64,000 nucleotides of DNA from Camelus dromedarius (lineage: Eukaryota): NCBI RefSeq assembly GCF_036321535.1, contig NC_087444.1, positions 65,224,001 through 65,288,000 on the forward strand. Reading direction: 5' to 3'. Position numbers and translations under genes: made by a program. The notes under the pieces are model-generated. The model was not told the origin of the DNA and ran no database searches. It worked only from the letters and a program-made list of their open reading frames with translations. How positions within the stretch are numbered: the stretch's first letter is position 1; each line of letters starts with the position of its first letter. Below are positions 25,592 through 47,900 of the stretch, piece after piece.

Positions 25592-25760
25592 CCGCCGCCG
25601 CCGCCGCCGCCGCCGCCCTAGGCTCCGCAGTGCCCCCGCTAGCGCCGCCGCTGCTTTATAGTAACGCCCTGCGTCCGCCCCTCGGCGGGCCGCCCGGGGA
25701 CATTGGGACCGCGGCCAGAGCCGGCCATTAATAGAGCCTTATTTAGAAAGCCCAACAATG
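25592..25760 (-). promoter_or_regulatory. HSPB6 core promoter: TATA box, GC boxes, tandem MADS-box-like sites, (GGC)n tract in the 5'UTR
   Basis: TATAAA on the minus strand at 25660-25655; CCATTAATAG at 25725-25734 and CCTTATTTAG at 25737-25746; about 8 CCG units at 25592-25617. Confidence 0.7.
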
Positions 25761-26791
25761 ACTTGGCCATTTATTAAGCGCCTGCTGGATGCCAGAGAGG
25801 TATCATCCTCCAAATTTCCGCAGAGGAAATTAAGGCAGAGGAGGCGGAGCCTTGCCAGAGTGGGGAGCACAACGTGGCGTTTGGGACCCACGGCCTGAGA
25901 AGCCCACCGAAGAATTCCCAGTCCCTTTAATCTACCCCCGCCCCGAAGGCGCTCTGAGGATGACGCAGATGGCGGTCTTAGGAACAGATCCCTGGGTACA
26001 GGGAATGCGGTAGCCGGGCCAGGCTGTCAGGAGGACACAGAACAGACCCTATTCCCATCTCAGCAGGGCCCTGGGCCCAGCCCCCCAGCAAGCCGGGCCT
26101 AATTCTGTGCCTCTGACTCAGCCTCGGGTGTGTAGGGCAGCGGGGTCTGCCAGGTGAGCAGCAGCCAGTGGGCGAAGGCACGAAGAGTCCAGGCTGGCCC
26201 CCCGGGGGCCGCGAGCAGGGGACCGAAATAGCTCATTTTGATCCTGCCACCTCGGCCAGGAGCCCAGGCCTGGCACTTGGAGCAACCAGCTGCTCATGGA
26301 GCAAGACGGAAGGGGTTAGATGATCGGGTGGGATTTGTAGGCTAGCTGGACTGATGGAGAGACGGCGATAGAGAGGGGCTAGATTATCTGATTGCCCCTG
26401 CAACGGGAAAAACCATCATTAGACTGGAGTCTGGTTGAGATTTATGCGGCAAGAAGGGGAGTGGTTAGAATACACGACTACAGAAAAGTGAGAGTACATT
26501 GGAACCCCGCCTACCTGTGAGATCCTTTCCATTGGTCCACTGGCTTGCCAATTACTGCAGCGCCCTACGATTCTCCAGTCAAACATGCTTTCTCATTCAC
26601 GTTACAGCCAATTGTGAGAAATTACTTTTATTTTCCTTTCTATCATTGGTCACCTTGGAGGCCGCTCTCTTCCCGCGCGGGCACTCTCAGAGAGGGGAGG
26701 GACTGATAGGGCATTGCTAAGCGACAGAGATGCGCTCCGGTTGAGTCCGGTGACCCAGCGGAGTAAGCGGAATCGCCGAGGTAGCTGCGGG

Positions 26792-37290
<10,499 letters not shown>

Positions 37291-37486
37291 TCTCCTCTAG
37301 ACAGGTCGCCTCCTGGATCCCCAAGGATGCGGCTGCAGAGGGAGAGAGACTCTTTTGAGGCCAGACGACTTTGAATTGCACAAATTCTGTTTTTCCTAAT
37401 AAATTTTTTTTTCAGGTTACTGGTTGTTTTTGAGAGTTATTCTGGAAAGGCCAAGGGTCATGCTAATTTAGGGAAATGGCTCCCAA

Positions 37487-37487
<1 letters not shown>

Positions 37488-37561
<74 letters not shown>
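37488..37561. repeat. (CA)37 microsatellite between PROSER3 and ARHGAP33
   Basis: Perfect dinucleotide run read directly from the sequence. Confidence 0.97.
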
Positions 37562-37564
<3 letters not shown>

Positions 37565-37762
37565 CGTGGCTCTGCCTTGCCCCACCTCATCCTAGTTTCT
37601 GACCATTGAAGCAAAATCTCTTGGTTTCATCCTCTTTGAGGGCAGGAGAGGGTTTTGAGCAAGACGTTGGGCAAGACTAGGACTCACCTTATCTGACTCT
37701 CAACTCAGGAGTGGATCCTCACCATTCACTTTCCCCAATCTCTGTTTAATAAAAAAAAAAAG

Positions 37763-37847
37763 TTTTTTAATAGAGGTACTGGGGATTGAACCCAGGACCT
37801 CATGCATTCTAAGCATGCACTCTACCACTGAGCTATACCCACCACCC
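37763..37847 (-). mobile_element. tRNA-Ala(AGC)-derived SINE (camelid vic-1-like)
   Basis: Reverse complement reads GGGTATAGCTCAGTGGTAGAGTGCATGCTTAGAATGCATGAGGTCCTGGGTTCAATCCCCAGTACCTCTATTAAAAAA. Flanking AAAGTTTTTT duplication. Confidence 0.88.
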
Positions 37848-38619
37848 TAAAGTTTTTTTTTTTAATTTTCTGCTTAATTTTTACCCATAGAACGTAATCA
37901 CCTTCTAATATTCTATATTTTAAAACATTTATTTTGTTCATTGTCTTCTCCCACTAACTTTTGAGCTCCATGTGGGCGGGGTATATTTCCCCCTGTTTTG
38001 GTTACTGATATATCCACAAATTAAGTGATCAGAGTTTTTGAATGAATGAAGGAATGGATCAAGTGTGTACCTTCTGAGGTGAGGGCTTTGTTGAGGACAT
38101 GACCAATGGAAGGTCCTCTTGGAGAAAGAGTTGGTACAGAGTATTTTCTGAGCGGCAGTCAACAGCAGGAACGATTGGGATTGGCATTATGGGAGGAGTG
38201 ATCGCATCCTGGCATCAGATCTAAATTTATTCCTAGGAAAAAGGAGTCAAGGCTGGAGGCCAGCCTGTAAGAAGCAGTAGAGGAAGAGACTAAAGGAAGA
38301 AGCAAGGAAAATGCCCAGGGGGTACGGGGAGGCCAAGTCGCAGAGTGCCTAGGGTTATGTCCCAGGCAGGGCATCTGAGTCTGAAAAACATCCATGGGCA
38401 AACAGTATTCTGTGGGCCGGGGCGGGGCAGAAGTGACAGAGTGGGGCTAGAGGACTGAGACTTTTGAAGAGATACTTAGGGGATGGAGAAAAGCCCTGAG
38501 GCCATGGGATAATCAAATTAAGAGTGTCAGAAGAGCGGTCACTGACAGCGAACTATGGGGATGGCCCACTGCTTAGTGATAGAAATGTTGAAAGCAAAGC
38601 ATAAAGAACCTGGGGGTGT

Positions 38620-38990
38620 GTCTCAGGAGGGGAATGACAGCCAATGAAAAGCAGACATGGGCGTGGTGCTGTCAAACTTCGCGGGGCGGGAACGGAAGAG
38701 ACAGACCCAGGGAGGGGACCCAAGCCGAAGCCAATGAAAAGCCTCCAGGTGGGCGGGGCGTAGTCCTAAGGCCAACGGTGGAGCCAATGAGAAGCGGCGC
38801 CGAGTCCCCACTGCTCCCGCCCCCGTGGTGCGCGCGCGCCAGAGCCATGGGCAGCCGTTAGGGGCGGGGCCTGCAGCCGCCCGCGCGCGGCTCGCGCCCT
38901 CCCCTTTGTGTCGCCATGGCGGCGGCATCGGCGACGAGGACGACGAGCGAGGGGTCCAGCGCGGCCGGCGCCTGAGGAGGCTACGCGACC
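38620..38990 (+). promoter_or_regulatory. ARHGAP33 CpG promoter with three CCAAT boxes and GC boxes
   Basis: CCAAT at 38641, 38731 and 38784; GGGCGGGG boxes; CpG-rich up to the ATG at 38991. Confidence 0.7.
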
Positions 38991-41900
38991 ATGGTGGTGA
39001 GGGGCCCACGTGGCCGTCAGTCTGTCGGCGAGTCAGTCTGTCTGCGAGTCAGTCTGTCTGCGCGGGGCCACGCCCCGCGCGCCCCGCCCCCGGCCCCGCC
39101 CGAGCCTGCGGCCTGCGCCCTGCGCCCTGCGCCGCCCCTCACCCCTCATCGCTGTCCCTCTAGACCCCCGGCCTGGTCTTGGGCCCGAGTCCTTATCCCG
39201 GCCCCGCCCCCTCTGCGCGCATCCCCCTTCCACGCCCTGGATGGGGGTGACTGTTTCTGAAGCCCCAGACTTGGGAGGAAAAAGGGCTGGTTCAGGGAAG
39301 GATCCCTCATCCTTCCAAGTGGCCCCAGCAGGGGCCCGCTGAGGCTCTCTGGGTCCTTCACCAGCCCCTATCCCAGAGCCATCCTCGGCTTCCTCATCCC
39401 AACCTCCACCCTTCCCTGGCCTAGCCCCCTTCTCCTCATACCTCCAGCCCTTTTCTCATCCTTGAGCCCCACCCCCACCAGGCTCCATCCTCAGCCTGAC
39501 CCTTTTCTTCTTCTCATCTTTCTCACCCCATCCCAGTCCCTGTCAACCAACCCTCCCCTCCCCTCCATCAGCCTAAACCTTTACTTCAGCCTCTCCAGCT
39601 GCTCCCCTCCTCCTTTCTCCACCCCAATCCCAAGCCTGCATTGTACCCCCAATGTGATCCTTAGGGGCCTCTCCATTTTCTTACCCTCATCTACCCTCCC
39701 CGGCTGTCTCCCTCTCTCACCATGCTGCTCCTGCTTATTCAACCATTCCCTCTCTCATTCGCTCACTTCACTATCACTGAGACCTCTGTGTAGCCCCTTT
39801 GCTCCAGGCACAGAAAGAGTCAGATCCCATCCTGCCTTGGGGAAGGAACTTCATGGGCTGGAGGAGGGCAGACCCAAGGGTGAGACCCAAAGGATGAAGT
39901 CAGGGTCATAGGGATATGAAGGAGGGAGAGGCTAGAGCCCAGTCTGGAGAATCCTCATCTGGCAGATGGTTAATTTATTCATCAGATTTTACCCAGCCCC
40001 TCCTGTTCGACCGAACTGGCACTGGACCCTGGGACTCAGAGTGGAATCAGACACAACCCTACCTGTAAGGCACATCAGTTCTGTGCCCAGCTGTGTGCTG
40101 GGCAATGCTGGGGAACTAGGAACTCAGCCCCAGTCCAGTGGGGGAAGATGGACTTGTCACCAGACGGTGACATCTCAGTGCTCAGGGCTGCGATGAGGGA
40201 AGCTCAGGCAGCATCCTCAAGCCTTGGATGGGGGAGGTTCAGGGGATGCAGGGGTCCAGAAGAGGGGCCTGACACTGTCTGAAAGGTCAGGAAGAACTTC
40301 AAAGTGGAGGGAACAGGAAAGTTGAGACCTAAGGGATGAGGAGGTGTGAACCTAGTGAAAGGATAGGGAAGAGTGTCCCATGCAGTGGAAACAGCTTTTG
40401 CAAAGGCCTGGAAGGAAATGAGAAGATGGTGCTTTTGTTGGACTCTCAGAAGTTTGAGAGCTCTGGAAGTGGAGGCAATGTGAAGAGATGAGGCTGGAGA
40501 GGTAAACAGACCAGAGAATTTAGACTTCATCTTAAAAGACAACAGGGAGCCATTGAAGAGCCATAATCTGTGGAGAGACAGAGGCAGATTTGTGTTTCGT
40601 GAAAGTTATACTGGCTCTTGCTGCGAAGAAGCTGGCAGGAAGGGAGAGTGGAGGCAGGAAGACTGATAAGATGGGAGCTGTGATTGTCCTGACATCAGTG
40701 AAAGGCATGCAGAGGCGCATATGGGAGACTGTGCTCTGCAGGGGCTACGGAAGGGTTTTAAACAGGGAGAGGTGGTACCAGATTGCTCTTTCCCTGACTC
40801 ACCCTTGGTCCCTGCTCTTCCAGCCCCCCACCGCAGGCCACACACGAAGAAGCAGCCCTTCCCTCAGCCCCGCCTTCACCTTCCCCTGACCTACCCTTCT
40901 ACTCCATGCTTAGGGCAGTGTGTAGAGCAATTCGGGCCTGCGGGCCCAGGCTGACAGATAACAATGCGCCCGTTGTCTCTCTGCTCCCATCTCTGGGGGC
41001 CTCTGATTCTTCTTTCTACTCTCCAGGCTCGCAGCACTGACAGCCTGGATGGCCCTGGGGAGGGCTCCGTGCAGCCCCTGCCTCCCACTGGCGGGCCCAG
41101 TGTGAAGGGGAAACCTGGGAAGAGGTGAGAGGTGAGGGAGAGGCTCAGCTTCGGAGGGAGGCGCCAGGCACAGGAGCCACTGCTCATCTATCACCTGTCC
41201 CCCAGGCTCTCGGCTCCTCGGGGTCCTTTCCCCCGACTGGCAGACTGTGCCCATTTTCACTACGAGAACGTTGATTTTGGCCACATTCAGGTATGGGGTC
41301 TGTACCCAGGTGGGAAGGTCAGATCCCACCCAACCCAGCACTATCAGCCACTTTACCCCTGAAACCGATCCCTGGGACAGGCTGCTCCTGGGCAAGAGCC
41401 GCAGGGCAGAAGGGGAGAGCTGTTCATTCATTCATTCATTTCTTCCTTTATCAGTTCAATGACAACTTTTTGTTAGGTGTGTGTTCTGTCCCAGGACCCT
41501 GTACTCTGACTGATACATCACCAGGCCCTGTCTTTGGGGAGGCCCAGGAGGGGGACACAGACCCATCCCTAGATAATACCAATCTGGAGAGGTTGGAACT
41601 GGGACCAGAGTGAGGCCCTCGCCTGGGCCTTTGTATCCCTCTACAGCTCCTGCTGTCTCCAGAGCGTGAAGGCCCCAGTTTCTCTGGAGAGAATGAGCTG
41701 GTGTTTGGGGTACAGGTGACCTGTCAGGTGAGCCCAGCCACCCCTGCCCCTCATTTAGCCTGGCAGACTGGTTGCCATGGTCTTCAGCTCAGTGTAGTGG
41801 AACCACTGCTCCCTTCTGTCCTTCCCTACACCCACAGGGCCGTTCCTGGCCAGTTCTCCGCAGTTATGATGACTTCCGTTCCCTGGACGCCCACCTCCAC

Positions 41901-44900
41901 CGGTGCATATTTGACCGGAGGTTTTCCTGCCTCCCAGAGCTTCCTCCACCCCCGGAGGGTGCCAGGGCTGCCCAGGTAAACTGCTTTTTGTCCCAGCCCT
42001 ACCTCAGCCATGGTGTGTTCTCATTGGCGATGTATGAAACCATCAAGACAGGAGGATAGATAAATATTTAAACACTGGTATGGCCCGAGTCCCAACTAAT
42101 CAGAGGTCTTACAACTGCAGCAGGGTTCTGGAGACTCCCTCTGGTTTTAGGATCATGGAGAGTTCCAGGGTGTTCCATGGGAGGGTCAGCAGGGCCAGAC
42201 CAGTGGGGGCACACAGGGGCTTGGCATAGCCTAATTAGCAACTGATATGACCACATTTCAGGACTTAACAGCAAGCGACACCCATGCATTCAAGTTGAAT
42301 TTCAGCCCTGCCAGGGGCAAGCCTGGGTGGTATAGGAGGGCAGTGGGCTTTCCTAGGGTCTCCTCACAAAGCCCACCTTGACAACCTGCCCCCAGATGCT
42401 GGTGCCACTGCTGCTACAGTACCTGGAGACCCTGTCAGGACTGGTGGACAGTAACCTCAACTGTGGGCCTGTGCTCACCTGGATGGAGGTGGGTCCGGCA
42501 GGGGGCTTGGAGCTGGGAGTGCATGAGGCATGTCTGAGGAGCAAGAACCAGGTTGGGAGGGTGTGTGGGCAGAGGAAAGAAATGAGCCGGAGTGGAGGAG
42601 GCAGTGGTATTTCAGTGTCTGCGTGGGCGCATGCCTGTGAAAGAGAATGCGCGCGCGCGTGTGTGTGTGTGTGTGTGTGCATGTGCACATGCAGATATTG
42701 GGTTATGGGGATGTAAGAATTCCAAAGTATATCAATTAAAAATAAAAATAGGTTTGGCTCTAACGCACAAAATGCCAGGCTAAGAGTGACTTAAAGCAGC
42801 AGGTTTTTGGAGAGCAGATGTGCAGTGTCAGCTATGGAGGGTGAGGGTGCAGGGGTGTATCAGGAAGACTTCAGGCAGGGGAGTCCTGGGACCAGAAGGG
42901 GCTTTGTTTTGCAAGATGCACGACTGGAGGTGTTTGATCAATAGCTCTCAGTGACAGGGGCTTTTAGGTGGGGGACAGGTGGTGACCTCCACTTGGCCGA
43001 GAGGAACCTTCTCTGTCTTTATTACCGCCTTCCTCTGGCCTCTTCCTGCCACATTCCCCCTCTATCTCAGCTGGACAACCACGGCCGGCGGCTGCTCCTC
43101 AGCGAGGAGGCCTCACTCAATATCCCCGCGGTGGCCGCTGCCCATGTGGTAAAACGGTACACAGCTCAGGCACCGGACGAGCTGTCCTTTGAGGTGAGGC
43201 TGTAGGGGAGCAGACCCCAGCGAGGCTCCCCACTTGCCCTGCCCTCTCTGACCCTCCCTCCTCGCACCTGCCCACTCCCAGGTGGGAGACATCGTCTCAG
43301 TGATTGACATGCCGCCCACGGAGGATCGGAGCTGGTGGCGGGGCAAGCGGGGCTTCCAGGTGAGCCTGGCATGGGGTGGACAGGCAGGGTCAGGGCATTT
43401 GCCAGCTCAGGTGGCCCAGTCACTGACCCTGAACCCTCCTCAGGTCGGTTTCTTCCCCAGTGAATGTGTGGAGCTGTTCACAGAGAGGCCCAGTCCAGGA
43501 CTGAAGGGTGGTGAGTGCCCTGGGCAAAGCGGGGAGGCCCTTCTGCATCCTTTGTCTGCCAGCTATCCTTTCTACCCATGGTTCACCCCACAGATGCTGA
43601 CGGTCCCCCAGGTGGTGTCCCGGCTCCCCAGGGTATCTCTTCTCTGACCTCAGGTAATGCAAACTACGGGCCAGGCCCCTGCCCTCCCCTTCAACCAGAC
43701 TGGTGGCTGCCCTGACCCTGTGTGTCCTGCCTTTACCCCCACAGCTGTGCCCCGGCCGCGTGGGAAGCTGGCCGGCCTCCTCCGCACTTTCATGCGCTCC
43801 CGCCCTTCTCGGCAGCGGCTGCGGCAGCGGGGCATCCTGCGGCAGAGGGTGTTTGGCTGCGACCTAGGAGAGCATCTCAGCAACTCAGGCCAGGACGGTG
43901 AGGCTGGGCCCACCTTCCCTGCCCACCTCTCCCATCCATGATGCGACCTGCCCAGCCCTGACCCCGCTGCTTTCTCCCAGTGCCCCAGGTCCTTCGCTGC
44001 TGCTCTGAGTTTATTGAGGCCCACGGGGTGGTGGATGGAATCTACCGGCTCTCCGGCGTGTCGTCCAACATCCAGAGGCTACGGTGAGGGCCCTGCACCA
44101 ACCTTGTCCCCCCACAAACATTTACTGAGCATCAACTCTGTTCCAGGCGCTGTGCCATGTGCTGGGGACACAGAGGTATCAGGAGTTAGGAGGGCATAGG
44201 GCGGGGTTGGAGCGGGGTGGGGGCAGGGAGGGCTTCCTTGAGGAAGTGACACCACAGCTGAGGTCTGAAAGGTGAGCATAGAATGAGCATTCGAAGCGGA
44301 GGGGTCAGCCTTCACTGAGCACCTGCCACACGCCAGGCATTAGGCACTGGGGGTGCAGTGGTGAAGGAGACAGCCAGAGACTCCTGCCCTCGTGGGGTCC
44401 GCGTGCTGGAGGGAGAGACAAGGAAATGAGAGAGTTTACAATAGGTGCAAGTGGTACGGAGCAAAGAAGACCAGGGTGAGGAAGATCATAATAGGAAATC
44501 AGGGAAAGGTATTGTGGTTTTAAATAGGGTGGGCACAGAGGGCCTGCTGGAGGAGACCTCACGTGGAGGAAGTGAGGGCGCGAGTCACATGGGTACCCGC
44601 GGTGGATGGAACAGCCAGCACAAGGGGAAGCAGCAGGAGATGATGTCTGAAAAGCAGCTAGTGGCAGAGCATGCAGGGCTTTTTGGATGGCTGCTAGGAT
44701 TCTGGCTTTTCCCAGGAGTGAGGAGGGAACCACAGGAGGGGTTCTGAGCTGAGGTGGGGCAGTGTGCATGACAGTCTTCGAGGTGGGAAGCAGTGAGGCA
44801 GGGTGAAGGGTCTGACAGGTGAGAGCCCAGAGCCTGGGGCAGTGAGAGATGAGGCAGAAGTCACATGCAGAGCTCTGACCTGGGAGGGTGGGACACCCCA

Positions 44901-47900
44901 CAGAATTGTGAGCAGGGCCCGCTGGGATTTCAGCTGCATTTTCCAGTGACTTCTTGGGGCCAGGAAAATGGCACAATTTGGTGGAAGGAGCACAGTCACG
45001 CTCTGCAGGCAGAGAGCCTTGGGTGGCTACAAGCAGAGGCATCTCCCACCTGAGCCTCAGCGTCCTCCTCTGTAAAATGGGGTGCCCTTGTCTTTGGCAC
45101 ACAGGGTTGTTGGTGGGGAGGGGGTTCAGTAAGTTTCTGCTTCTGAAGAGCCCAGCACAGGAAGAGGGTGGCACCCACCTGTAGACACTGTGAGAGGAGG
45201 GGAAGGACACCGCCAGGTGGGCCAGCTCTGACCCGAATCTTCCCCTCCTTGACCTGGTGGCCTCAGGCATGAGTTTGACAGTGAAAGGATCCCGGAACTG
45301 TCCGGCCCCGCCTTCCTGCAGGACATCCACAGTGTATCCTCCCTCTGCAAGCTCTACTTCCGAGAGCTGCCCAACCCCTTGCTCACGTACCAGCTCTACG
45401 GCAAGTTCAGCGTGAGTAAGGGAGCTGGCAAGGGGGGAGGGCGCTGGGCTGCGAACAGCCTGGACCCCATCACACCCATGCACAATCTCAGGAAGCCATG
45501 TCAGTGCCCGGGGAGGAGGAACGCCTGGTGCGGGTCCACGACGTCATCCAGCAGCTGCCCCCGCCGCACTACAGGTAAACCAGAAGGGTCAGGGAAGGGC
45601 TATGGTGGGTTCCCAAGGGAGCTGAGGCTCAGGTGGCCCCTTCTGCACCCACCCCCAGGACCCTGGAATACCTGCTGAGGCACCTGGCCCGCATGGCGAG
45701 ACACAGTGCCAACACCAGCATGCATGCCCGCAACCTGGCCATCGTTTGGGCACCCAACCTGCTACGGTAAGCTGGAAGCTCACCAGCCTCCCCCATCGCC
45801 TCTCTGCCATAGGCTGGGCCTCCAGTCTCCCCCTACCCTTACCCCACACCAGAAAACCACCCAGCTTTTGTTCTCTTGCTCATTTCACCCAACACATACT
45901 TATTAAACACTTCCTATATGCCAGCCCCGTTCTCAGCACTGGGGACACAGTGGTGAGCAGGAACCTGTGCTCTGGGCTCGCATTCTCATGCAGAAGATGA
46001 CAGTGAACTGTTAAGAGAGAAAGGCAGTATACTGTCTGATGGTGACGAGTGGCAAGGAGAAAGATTACAAAGCAGGGACGGGAGATGTTGCAGGATTATG
46101 GCATTTGAAGTGTTTAGATAGAGTGGTAGGGAAGGCTTCAGTAAGAAGTCTTCTGTGGCCAGCAGCAGGGTAAGCCCCAAAGGATTTGATGGTGACCAAC
46201 ACAGGCAAGCTGTCTGTTCTGGAGGAGTTCAGTTCTTCCCGGGAAACAAATAAGTAAATAAATAAAATAGGTGGTACATCAGATGGTAGGTATAAGAACT
46301 AAGGGGAAAAATAAAGATAGACATAGAATGTAGAGGCTTAGAATTTTAAATAAAGTGTATGGGGAAGATGCTATTGAGAAGGTAACATTTGAGTTAATAC
46401 CTGCAGAAGGTGAAGGAGGGACATGTGGATATCTGAGGAGGAGCAAACCAGGCAGAGGGAATAGCAAGTGCAAAGGTCCTGGGGCTGGGTCAAGGCCTAG
46501 TATATTGGAGGAACAGCAGGGAGGCTAGTGTGGCTGGAGCTGAGTGAGTGAGGGGTTGAGGGGGAGGAGATGATGAGGTCAGAGAGGTGACGGGGGACCA
46601 GATAGGGGAGTGACTTACAGGTCGTGGGTCCTGGTGAGGACTTTGGCTTTTCTCAGGAGTGAGGTGTGGCCGGGGGATGGCTCTGAGCTAGGAGGGCCCT
46701 GAGCTGACTTAAGGGTTCACAGGATCCCTCTGGCTGTGCGTGGGGAGCAGGCTGCAGGGGCCAGGATGGGAGCAGTGAGGAGGCTGTATGATGGTCCAGG
46801 AGGGAGAGGATGGAGGCTAGTCTGCGGTGGGGGCAGTAGGAGAGCAGCGTTTAGATTCTGGATAGATTTTGTGGATGGAGCCCATAGGGTCTGCTAAGAT
46901 TGGATGTGGGTGTAAGGGAAAGGGGGGTTGAGGACAATTCCAAGGTGCTTGGCCTGAGCCACTAGAAGAACTACACTGACTGAGATGGGATAGGCAGAGA
47001 GGGAGCAGGTTTGGGGAAAGCTTGAGAATCCAGTTCTAGGTGTGATCAATTTGATAAGGTCAGAGACATTGAATGACAGTCATTGCTCCCATGGCTCCCC
47101 ACCTTGCCTGGCCAGAACCCACCAGCTGGGGCTCAAGGCACCCGGCCACCCTCCCCCTCCTCCCATTCAGGTCCATGGAGCTGGAGTCAGTGGGGCTGGG
47201 GGGGGCAGCAGCCTTCCGGGAGGTGCGGGTGCAGTCAGTGGTGGTGGAATTCCTGCTCACCCACGTGGACGTCCTGTTCAGTGACACCTTCACCTCCGCT
47301 GGCCTTGACCCTGCAGGTATGCCCATCCCAGCCCTGATGTCCTGGCTACTGGCCCCTCATTGTCAGGGCTGCAGAGGGAGGGCAGGTGGGCTCCCAGCCC
47401 CATCCCTATCCCACTGAAGCAAGACCTCCACCCTGGCTCCTTGAGGACCCCGCCCCGGCCTCTCCCTCCCCTCCCCACCCTTCTCATTTCAGCTCCTACG
47501 CTCAGGATCCCCACTTCTTGGNNNNNNNNNNNNNNNNNNNNNNNNNNNNNNNNNNNNNNNNNNNNNNNNNNNNNNNNNNNNNNNNNNNNNNNNNNNNNNN
47601 NNNNNNNNNNNNNNNNNNNNNNNNNNNNNNNNNNNNNNNNNNNNNNNNNNNNNNNNNNNNNNNNNNNNNNNNNNNNNNNNNNNNNGAGGGCCCACTGGGC
47701 CGAGGTAACTGAAGCCAGAGCCGCTGCCCTCGCTGGCTGCTGGGAGCTGCCTCCTCATCAGCTCGTTTCTGCCTCACTCCTCCTCCTCACCTGCCTGCTG
47801 CCCACCCGTTCCCGCCTGATCCGTCCCGGCCCCCTGCCTTGCCAGCCCGGGTGGGCACGCTGCGGGCCGGGGCTTGGGCTGTAGCGCTTGGCTTTGCCTG

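Noticed and set aside
44305-45483. 392-aa minus-strand ORF
   Set aside because: Runs through L2/MIR remnants and antisense to ARHGAP33 exon 13; no domain or splice support.
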